64,000 nucleotides of DNA from Blastocatellia bacterium (GTDB lineage: Bacteria; Acidobacteriota; Blastocatellia; UBA7656), in assembly GCA_035249305.1 (NCBI GenBank), contig DATFGQ010000034.1:9168-73167 (forward strand), in the 5' to 3' direction. The stretch's first letter is position 1. Every line of letters starts with the position of its first letter. Shown here one piece after another: positions 55,121 to 62,393 of this stretch. The translations under genes were made by a program, and so were the position numbers. The notes under the pieces are model-generated. The model was not told where the DNA came from and ran no database searches. It was given only the letters and a program-made list of their open reading frames with translations.

Positions 55121-55525
55121 ATGGGAGAACAGGAGAACTTGAGTTTGATAAAGGAAGTCTACGCGGCTTTCGGGCGGGGCGATCTGCCCGCGATCTTAGG
55201 CGTGCTTACGGACGATGTCGAATGGATTCACCCGAGAGGCGATCAGATTCCATGGGGAGGCCAGCGGCGCGGCAGCGAAGAGGTGACAGGGTTTTTTGTC
55301 GCGCTCGGCCAGACCATAGATGTCGAGCGGTTCGAGCCCCAGCGTTTTCATGCGGACGGCGACGCGGTCATAGTCTTCGGGCGCGAGCGCATGCGCGTCA
55401 AAGCCACGGGGCGCAGCTATGAGGCCGCCTGGGCGCACGAGTTCATAATACGCGACGGCAAGATCGCAAGGTTCATTGAGTACACGGACACGGCTTCGAT
55501 AATCGACGGACTCGGCGAGGCGTAA
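55121..55525 (+). CDS. SnoaL/NTF2-like (ketosteroid-isomerase-fold) protein
   Basis: The ATG at 55121 is preceded by GGAGGAGAGAG. The sequence NLSLIKEVYAAFGRGDLPAILGVLTDDVEWIHP is typical of the SnoaL-like fold. Confidence 0.7.
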   Translation: MGEQENLSLIKEVYAAFGRGDLPAILGVLTDDVEWIHPRGDQIPWGGQRRGSEEVTGFFVALGQTIDVERFEPQRFHADGDAVIVFGRERMRVKATGRSYEAAWAHEFIIRDGKIARFIEYTDTASIIDGLGEA

Positions 55526-55533
55526 CTAAAGCG

Positions 55534-56700
55534 ATGGCTTATAAGCTAAGCGAAGAAGAAGAGCTCGTGCTTGCCACGGTGAAGCGGTTTCTCGATCGCG
55601 AGGTCGCGCCCGTGGCGAGCGAGCTGGAGCACCGCAACGAGTACCCCACAGAGATCGTCGAGCGGATGAAAGAGATAGGGCTGTTCGGCGCAAACGTGCC
55701 GGAAGCCTACGGCGGGCAGGATTTGAGCTATACGGTCTTCGCGATGATCTTCGAAGAGATCTCGCGCGTGTGGATGGGGCTTGCGGGGATACTCGGCACG
55801 CACACGGTTCTATGCGACGTGCTCGCGCGATTCGGGACCGAAGAGCAGAAGCAGAAGTTCTTGCCGATGCTCGCGCGCGGCGATAAGCGCGGGGCCATAT
55901 GTTTGACGGAAGCGCACGCGGGCACGGACCTTCAAGCCATCCACACGACGGCCGTCAGGCATGGCGATCATTACAAGATCAACGGCGCGAAGATGTGGAT
56001 AACGAATGCGCGCCGCGCCGAAGCTTTATTGATACTGGCGAAGACGGACAAGGCGGCAAGCCCCGCTTACCGTGGGATGAGCGCCTTCATCGCCGAGAAG
56101 GGCGAGCCGGGCCTTACGGTGAGCCGCGACATAGACAAGCTCGGCTACAAGAGCCTGGAAACCTGTGAGCTGTTGTTTGAAGATTTCCGCGTGCCGGCCG
56201 AGAACCTGATCGGCGGGCGCGAAGGCGAGGGCTTCAAGCAGGTGATGACGGGCCTGGAAGCCGAGCGGCTGAACGTGGCGGCGCGCGGGCTCGGGGTCGC
56301 GCGCGCGGCGTTCGAAGAGGCGATCAAGTATTCGCAGCAGCGCAAAACGTTCGGCAAGCCCATCTGTGAGCATCAAGCCATACAACTGAAGCTGGCCGAG
56401 ATGGCGACGAAGATCGAAGCTTCGCGGCTGTTGATTTATACGGCCGCGGAGAAGAAAGACCTGGGCGAGCGTTGCGACATGGAGGCGGGGATGGCGAAGC
56501 TGTTCGCGACCGAGACTGCTCAGGAGTGCTCGCTCGAAGCGATGAGGATATTGGGAGGCAACGGCTACGCCAAAGACTTCCCCGTAGAGCGGTATTACCG
56601 CGACGCGCCGCTTTTGATAATCGGCGGCGGCACAAACGAGCTTCAGCGGTTAGTTATCGCCCGCGCGCTGTTAAAGAAGTATTCGATCAACCCCTCCTGA
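55534..56700 (+). CDS. Acyl-CoA dehydrogenase
   Basis: 388 aa. The motifs are CLTEAHAGTDL, ING.KMWITN and the C-terminal catalytic-base context IIGGGTNELQ. Confidence 0.9.
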   Translation: MAYKLSEEEELVLATVKRFLDREVAPVASELEHRNEYPTEIVERMKEIGLFGANVPEAYGGQDLSYTVFAMIFEEISRVWMGLAGILGTHTVLCDVLARFGTEEQKQKFLPMLARGDKRGAICLTEAHAGTDLQAIHTTAVRHGDHYKINGAKMWITNARRAEALLILAKTDKAASPAYRGMSAFIAEKGEPGLTVSRDIDKLGYKSLETCELLFEDFRVPAENLIGGREGEGFKQVMTGLEAERLNVAARGLGVARAAFEEAIKYSQQRKTFGKPICEHQAIQLKLAEMATKIEASRLLIYTAAEKKDLGERCDMEAGMAKLFATETAQECSLEAMRILGGNGYAKDFPVERYYRDAPLLIIGGGTNELQRLVIARALLKKYSINPS

Positions 56701-56884
56701 ACCGGGTATCCTTTTTCATAAATCACTCGTCTGACCGCCCACAAAGCCGCAAGATTGCGTAGTGTTAATTCCTAACATACAATTACGCCCGCTATGGATG
56801 CGTTTTGGGAGTGGTGGAATGGCCTCTCACAGGCTTTGCCCAAAAACTGCCCATAAAGTAGGGAAGTTGCCCAGAAAGTCTGTC

Positions 56885-57136
56885 TTATCTGTCAACGCCA
56901 TATTCGGCAAACAGAGTCGAGATAGAAATCTCTAGTGCGATAGCCAGTTTTTCTACATTCTCAATCGAGACGTTTCTTATACCGCGCTCAATATCCGCAA
57001 CATAGGTCCGATGCAGACCTGACCTCTCCGCAAGCCCTTCCTGAGAGATACCAAGCTCGTGCCGCCGCTTCCTGACGGCGAGCCCTAAACGTTCTTTTAT
57101 CTTTGGTATCCCCTTGCGTTTGATGCGCTCATTCAA
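56885..57136 (-). CDS. XRE-family helix-turn-helix regulator
   Basis: 83 aa with a TTG start. The HTH region is LAVRKRRHELGISQEGLAERSGLHRTYVADIERGIRNVSIENVEKLA (Cro/C1 type). It lies in an AT-richer segment, about 44% GC on a hand-counted line. Confidence 0.75.
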   Translation of the reverse strand: MNERIKRKGIPKIKERLGLAVRKRRHELGISQEGLAERSGLHRTYVADIERGIRNVSIENVEKLAIALEISISTLFAEYGVDR

Positions 57137-57147
57137 ACGGCTTGCAG

Positions 57148-57198
57148 ATTATACGTCTACAGGAAATAAGTGACAATTTAACTGCCATGTAATATAAT
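57148..57198. promoter_or_regulatory. Back-to-back divergent sigma70 promoters with overlapping -35 boxes
   Basis: On the plus strand, GTGACA (57170-57175) and TATAAT (57193-57198) are separated by 17 nt. On the minus strand, TTGTCA (57176-57171) and TATAAT (57153-57148) are also separated by 17 nt. The minus-strand -10 lies 11 nt from the XRE TTG start. Confidence 0.55.
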
Positions 57199-57221
57199 CC
57201 ACATAAAGGTCAGGGATAGAG

Positions 57222-57446
57222 ATGGGGGAAGAGAAACCACCGCGCAAGCGGAGAAATAAGAAGCCAAAGAACAATGTTATAGATTTTCCATTAGCAGGGA
57301 TTAAATCAGTGGGCGGTGTAGATATAACGCCCTTACAGTTACTTGGCCTCTTGCTCAAATGCGTACTAAAGGACAGAATCACGGATGAGGAAGTTGATAC
57401 TATCTGCTCGACGTACTACAAAGCGGTCAATCAGTGGTGGGAATAA
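57222..57446 (+). CDS. Hypothetical 74-aa protein divergent from the XRE regulator
   Basis: Track ORF. The N-terminus is basic (KPPRKRRNKKPKNN). No recognisable domain. Confidence 0.4.
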   Translation: MGEEKPPRKRRNKKPKNNVIDFPLAGIKSVGGVDITPLQLLGLLLKCVLKDRITDEEVDTICSTYYKAVNQWWE

Positions 57447-57507
57447 CAACTTCTTGCTTGATTCAGTCCAGTTATAATTGGGCAGGCTTGCCTAAGAACA
57501 AAGTGAC

Positions 57508-57747
57508 GTGGACGAGGCGCGGCGGCTTTATAGCGAGAGCCTTGAGATCAGTAAGAAACTCGGCGACCAAAGCGCCATGGCCAGCACCTTGCACCAGTTG
57601 GGCAGATTAGCGGAAGATGCTGGGGATAAAACAGAAGCCACCCACCTGTTTCGCGAAGCACTTAGCATCCAGGACAGGCTTGGCTCGCCATATGCAGAGA
57701 TGACGCGACGGTCTTTGAAGAGAGTAGAGGGCGAATCAGGTGACTGA
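57508..57747 (+). pseudogene. Orphan TPR-repeat fragment (probable remnant of a larger TPR/STAND-type gene)
   Basis: A 79-aa ORF with a GTG start and no RBS. The sequence ARRLYSESLEISKKLGDQSAMASTLHQLGRLAEDAGDKTEATHLFREALSIQDRLG amounts to about two TPR units only. Confidence 0.4.
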
Positions 57748-57882
57748 ACTCTGACCGCAATCGGTTTGACACGGGCGAGGGCTCGGCGTAGGATGTGCCT
57801 ACTTCATACTTTATGTCTTAATTCAGTGGAATGATTCTCTAATCAACCCTTTATTACGATTGTAAAATCGGAGGTGAAGATC

Positions 57883-58644
57883 ATGACCCTGAAAGGCTTA
57901 GCCGCTAGGATGGTCGTGGCGCTCGCGTTAGTCTGCTTCTGCGCGTCCACTTATGATTGGATCGAAGCCGCGACGCCTCAAAAAGTTCGCCCGCCCAGAC
58001 CTCGCCTGGTCAGCCCGCAGAACGGTGATACCCTCATCGCCGGCGAGACGGTCTTTATCAGGTGGGAAGTCGATACTACGGGGATCAACGTCCCTTTTTG
58101 TGAACAAGAGATTTTCCTGATACTCGACAACGGCAAATCCTATGAGCTGGTGGCGCGCGAGATCGGCGAAACCGTCCGCGAGATCGGCGAAACCGTCCGC
58201 GAGATCGAATGGACCGTCCCGAACAAACCGACTACACACGCTACGCTCTCGTTCGGCGCGGGCTGCGATCAGCGACCCTTCGCTTTTTACGAGGGCCTCT
58301 TCCCACAAAGCCGCGAGGTCTTTCAGATACTCCCGCCCCGTAATTACGCGCCCGCGGTGACTCTGAAATCGTTGAAAGAGACAAACGCGCAGGCCGGCGA
58401 CCAGATAGAGCTGAGCTGGGAAAGCTCGGTCGACCAGATAGACTTCTTCGAAGTCAAAGTCTCTTACAATCGCGGCAATCACTTCCACACGGTCGGCAAG
58501 ACTTCTGACCGCAGCTTCACCTGGACCGTGCCCGAAGACATCCGAGGGACAGCCACCTTTAAAGTCATAGCGCGAAAAAAGGACGGCACGCACGTCGAAT
58601 CGGGCGCGGGCGATCAGTCTCAGATCAAAGTGCGAGACAAATAA
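57883..58644 (+). CDS. Hypothetical secreted two-domain (Ig/Kre9-like) protein with an in-frame 21-bp tandem repeat
   Basis: The ATG at 57883 follows GGAGG. A signal peptide is present. Two similar modules are seen (LVSPQNGDTLIAGETVFIRWEV..., LKETNAQAGDQIELSWES...). A REIGETV duplication is present. Confidence 0.55.
   Translation: MTLKGLAARMVVALALVCFCASTYDWIEAATPQKVRPPRPRLVSPQNGDTLIAGETVFIRWEVDTTGINVPFCEQEIFLILDNGKSYELVAREIGETVREIGETVREIEWTVPNKPTTHATLSFGAGCDQRPFAFYEGLFPQSREVFQILPPRNYAPAVTLKSLKETNAQAGDQIELSWESSVDQIDFFEVKVSYNRGNHFHTVGKTSDRSFTWTVPEDIRGTATFKVIARKKDGTHVESGAGDQSQIKVRDK
58156..58218 (+). repeat. 21-bp tandem repeat, 2 perfect copies plus 1 diverged copy, in frame
   Basis: CGCGAGATCGGCGAAACCGTC appears twice (58156-58197), followed by CGCGAGATCGAATGGACCGTC. 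It encodes REIGETV REIGETV REIEWTV. Confidence 0.9.
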
Positions 58645-58648
58645 CTAC

Positions 58649-58713
58649 AGTGCTGAGTGCTGAGTCCTGAGTAAACGCTTTCACTCAGGACTCAGCACTC
58701 AGCACTCAGGACT
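58649..58713. repeat. Family A heptamer hairpin (A7)
   Basis: Left arm AGTGCTG AGTGCTG AGTCCTG AGT; right arm ACT CAGGACT CAGCACT CAGCACT CAGGACT. The pairing is perfect over three units. Confidence 0.85.
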
Positions 58714-58730
58714 TCTAATTTGGGGGAGAT

Positions 58731-60803
58731 ATGAACGGGTACGGACGTTTCCGCGTTGCGTTTTCTTTCGCCCTTTTGCTGGCCGCGTCGGCGGTCGCGC
58801 TGGCTAATGGGTTTACGATCGAGCAAGTCTTAAGCTCTCCTTTCCCTTCAGAGTTGATCGCTTCGGAGCAAGGCGACCGCGTCGCGTGGGTCTTCCGCGC
58901 CGAGGGGCGACGAAACATCTGGATCGCCGAAGCGCCCGCTTTCAAAGGTCGCCAGTTGACGCGCTACGACAAAGACGACGGGCAGGATATTACTCAACCT
59001 GTCTTCTCGCCCGACGGCAACTGGATAGCCTACGTGCGGGGCGGGCCGCCTAACACAGAGCAGGAGATCCCTAACCCGGCGAGCGACCCGGCGGGCGTGC
59101 GCCAGGAAGTCTGGATAGTCAACACGCGCACGGGCGCCACGGTGAAGATCGGCGAAGGGAGCTCGCCGTCGTTCACGCCTCGCAGCGATCGAGTTCTCTT
59201 CGCGCGCGAAGGCGACCTCTGGTGGGGCGCGACCACGGGGGGCGCGGCGAAAAAGATGTTCGAGATACGCGGCCAGGTCAACTCGCCCGAGTGGTCACCG
59301 GACGGGTCGCGGCTCGCGTTTGTCTCCGCGCGCGGCGATCACAGCTTCATAGGCATCTTTGACCCCAAAGCATCGCGCATCAGCTTTATTCAGCCGAGCC
59401 TCGACCGCGACGTAGAGCCGCGGTGGTCTATGGACGGCAAGCGCATAGCTTTTATTCGTCTGTTCAACGTCACGGACACCTATTCGGCCGACAGAGAGCG
59501 GCTTCAGCCATGGGCCATATGGGTCGCGGACGCCAGGACAGCCTCGGCCAAAGAGATTTGGAGATCGGCCAACACCGAGATGGACGCCTTCTCGCGGCAG
59601 CTTGGCAATAACGTCTTGCAATGGGCCGCGGGAGACAGGCTCGTATTCGGCTCGGAAAAATCTGGCTGGTCGCACCTCTACTCGATACCCGCGAGCGGCG
59701 GCGAAGTGACGGCGTTGACTTCGGGCAATTACGAAGTCGAAAACGTAGCCTGGCCCGCCGACCGCTCTTACGTCGTCATAGCGGCGAACGCCGGACAGAT
59801 AGACCACCGCCACCTGTGGAAAGTCCCTGTCGCCGGCGGCGCGCCAGTCCAGATCACGCGCGGCAACACGATCGAGATGTATCCGGTCGTAGTAAGCTCG
59901 GGCAACCAGATCGCCTTCTTGCGTTCGACTGCGCGCGACCCGTTTCTCCCTCACATCGCGTCGGCCGACGGGAACAATATGAGGCCGCTCGCGCCTTCGG
60001 CCCTTCCCCAAGGGTTCCCGTCCGCACTCCTGGTCGAGCCCGAGCAGGTGATATTCAAAGCCGCCGACGGGCTTGAGATTCACGGGCAGTTGTTCAAGCC
60101 TAAGAACTCTACCGGGCGTGCGCCCGCGGTCGTCTTCATGCACGGCGGGCCCGTGCGGCAGATGCTTCTGGGATGGCATTACAGGGGCTACTACCACAGC
60201 GCCTACGCGTTCAACCAGTACCTGGCGAGCCGCGGTTACGTCGTGCTTTCGGTCAACTACCGCAGCGGCGTGGGCTACGGCCGCGCCTTCCGCGAGGCGA
60301 AGAACCGGGGGCCGCGCGGCGCTTCCGAATACCAGGACATAGTCGCGGCAGGCAAGTACCTGCGATCGAGGCCGGACGTCGACGGCAAGCGTATAGGATT
60401 GTGGGGCGGCTCTTACGGCGGCTACCTGACGGCTATGGGGCTGGCGCGCGACAGCGACCTGTTCGCGGCGGGCGTAGACATCCACGGCGTTCATGACTGG
60501 AGCGCGCGCGTGGGGCGCGACCCGTGGGCCACGGGGTCCGCGGAGATGATAAAGCTCGGGCGCGAGTCTTCGCCCATGGCTTCCGTAGATAAATGGAGAT
60601 CGCCCGTGCTCTTGATTCACGGCGACGACGACCGCAACGTGGCCTTCAGCCAGTCAGTGCAGCTCGCGCGTCGCTTGCGTGACCGCGGGGTCCACTTCGA
60701 GCAGATGGTCTTCCCGGACGAAATTCACGACTTCCTGCGCCACGAAAACTGGGTGAAGATCTATCACGCGTCGTCGGACTTTTTCGACAAGCACCTGAAG
60801 TAA
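58731..60803 (+). CDS. S9-family serine peptidase (prolyl oligopeptidase/DPP type) with an N-terminal TolB-like beta-propeller
   Basis: 690 aa with a signal peptide. PD40-like repeats are present (FSPDGNWIAYV, WSPDGSRLAFV). The catalytic Ser is in GLWGGSYGGYL, the Asp in HGDDDRNV and the His in PDEIHDF. Confidence 0.85.
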   Translation: MNGYGRFRVAFSFALLLAASAVALANGFTIEQVLSSPFPSELIASEQGDRVAWVFRAEGRRNIWIAEAPAFKGRQLTRYDKDDGQDITQPVFSPDGNWIAYVRGGPPNTEQEIPNPASDPAGVRQEVWIVNTRTGATVKIGEGSSPSFTPRSDRVLFAREGDLWWGATTGGAAKKMFEIRGQVNSPEWSPDGSRLAFVSARGDHSFIGIFDPKASRISFIQPSLDRDVEPRWSMDGKRIAFIRLFNVTDTYSADRERLQPWAIWVADARTASAKEIWRSANTEMDAFSRQLGNNVLQWAAGDRLVFGSEKSGWSHLYSIPASGGEVTALTSGNYEVENVAWPADRSYVVIAANAGQIDHRHLWKVPVAGGAPVQITRGNTIEMYPVVVSSGNQIAFLRSTARDPFLPHIASADGNNMRPLAPSALPQGFPSALLVEPEQVIFKAADGLEIHGQLFKPKNSTGRAPAVVFMHGGPVRQMLLGWHYRGYYHSAYAFNQYLASRGYVVLSVNYRSGVGYGRAFREAKNRGPRGASEYQDIVAAGKYLRSRPDVDGKRIGLWGGSYGGYLTAMGLARDSDLFAAGVDIHGVHDWSARVGRDPWATGSAEMIKLGRESSPMASVDKWRSPVLLIHGDDDRNVAFSQSVQLARRLRDRGVHFEQMVFPDEIHDFLRHENWVKIYHASSDFFDKHLK

Positions 60804-61014
60804 CAAGTCACAACCTGCTTTCGGGGCGCGAAGGACAGAAGCTAACTCGGCGCGGTATAATGTCGGGTGAAGCTTTTATCCTTTGCGCCCTTATATTTTT
60901 TTGAGATTTTTTCCGTATCGACGGAAGAAACTTGTAAAACCATGTGTCTAAAAATCATGGAAGAATCTTTCGGTCGCCGTGTGTAAAGGCGGGAAGCGCA
61001 GATTGACCGTACTC

Positions 61015-61593
61015 ATGAATTCCCAGGAAAGTTACTCGGACCTCGAAGAGCGGGAGCTTATTGTCGCGGCGCAAGCCGGCGACAGGGCTGCGTTTAAAGA
61101 GATCTACGACCGCTTTCGCGACCGGGTCTACAATCTGGCGTTTTACTCGCTCGGCGAGGCGCTCGCCGCCGAAGACGTGTTGCAAATAGTCTTCATGAAG
61201 ATACACCGCGGGCTTCCGGGCTTCCGGTTCGAGTCGCAGCTCGCGACCTGGATATACCGAATCGCGCTGAACCAGTGCCTCAATGAGAACCGCCGGCACG
61301 GCGCACATCATGTGCCGCTGGAATCGCTCTTAGGGAGCGGCGACGAGATAGACATCGACTCGTCGCCCCACGACAAGTGGGCCGTGAGCGAGAGGCGGGA
61401 GATCGTACGGCAAGCCGTCCTCGAGCTTTCGCCGAAGCTCCGCGCCGTCGTGGCCCTGAAGTATCTGGAAGGGCTTTCGTATGATGAGGTGGCCGAGGTG
61501 CTCGGATGTTCGACTGGGACTGTGGCTTCGCGGCTCAACCGCGCGCTGTCGCAGATGGAAGCGCGGCTGAGGCCGCTCAGACGACTCTTGTGA
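61015..61593 (+). CDS. ECF (group IV) sigma-70 factor
   Basis: Track ORF from 60979 (GTG); the ATG at 61015 gives MNSQESY. Region 2 is FKEIYDRFRDRVYNLAFYSLG...EDVLQIVFMKIH. Region 4 is LSYDEVAEVLGCSTGTVASRLNRA. Confidence 0.85.
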   Translation: MNSQESYSDLEERELIVAAQAGDRAAFKEIYDRFRDRVYNLAFYSLGEALAAEDVLQIVFMKIHRGLPGFRFESQLATWIYRIALNQCLNENRRHGAHHVPLESLLGSGDEIDIDSSPHDKWAVSERREIVRQAVLELSPKLRAVVALKYLEGLSYDEVAEVLGCSTGTVASRLNRALSQMEARLRPLRRLL

Positions 61594-61621
61594 GTGTAAA
61601 ACGCAAGGCAGGAGCATTACT

Positions 61622-62341
61622 ATGATTTGCTGGCGAGTCGACATAAAGAGAGACTTTTCGCGTTACCTGCACGGCGAGCTTGACCGCGCGCGGGCCGGCC
61701 GCGTCGAGGACCACGTGCTTGATTGCCTGATCTGCCGCGCGCACCTCGCGCGCATACGCGACGGGCACCGCTTCGCCGAGCAGACGCCGCGCCTCAGGCC
61801 CGAGCGCGACGTGTGGTCGGCCATCGAAGCGGCGATCCAGTCCGACGGCCTGCACGCGCAACATCCAGCCGCGGGCCGCGCCATCGCCTCGCCTTTCTGG
61901 CGCGCGCCTTCTTTCAACAGAAGGCTGGCCGCCGCGGTCGCTGTGATTGCTCTGATCGCGGTGGGCCTGATCGTCGCGTTGGACCGCAGGGAGGCCGGCG
62001 AAATGGCGTGGCCCGCCATCGCCGAGCGCTTCGACGAGAAAGAGTTTCATGAGGTGAGCATCTCGAACATAAGCACGAACACCAAGCCGCACGTCGTCGC
62101 CGAAGGCTTTGTGAGCGAAGTCCGCATAGACCGCGACGGCGACCTCACGTTCCGCCTTGTCGAAGACCTTGAGCAGGGAGAGCCCTTCATAGTCTGTGAG
62201 ATCATCGAGCCGATACGCCTGGAAGCGCCTTCCGTCGGGAGCCGCGTTCGCGTCTACGGCGTGAGCCGCTACGACGACCAGGAGAACCACCGCTGGCACG
62301 AGGTCCACCCCGTACTGAACATAGAGAACATTCCGCGTTGA
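61622..62341 (+). CDS. Anti-sigma factor (zf-HC2 type), single-pass membrane protein
   Basis: 239 aa. The zinc-finger motif is HVLDCLICRAHL. The TM helix is LAAAVAVIALIAVGLIV. AGGAG precedes the ATG. Confidence 0.75.
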   Translation: MICWRVDIKRDFSRYLHGELDRARAGRVEDHVLDCLICRAHLARIRDGHRFAEQTPRLRPERDVWSAIEAAIQSDGLHAQHPAAGRAIASPFWRAPSFNRRLAAAVAVIALIAVGLIVALDRREAGEMAWPAIAERFDEKEFHEVSISNISTNTKPHVVAEGFVSEVRIDRDGDLTFRLVEDLEQGEPFIVCEIIEPIRLEAPSVGSRVRVYGVSRYDDQENHRWHEVHPVLNIENIPR

Positions 62342-62393
62342 TCAATTGCCTTTCAGTGTTTGTACTTGTCCCTAAGAAATAAAGGAGAATCTG

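Noticed and set aside
60915-60975. ECF-type autoregulatory promoters (GGAAGAAACTT...GTCTAA and GGAAGAAT...CGTGT) upstream of the sigma gene.
   Set aside because: The spacing between the AAC-like -35 and the CGT/GTC -10 is only about 14 nt in both candidates. That is shorter than the 16-17 nt typical of ECF promoters.
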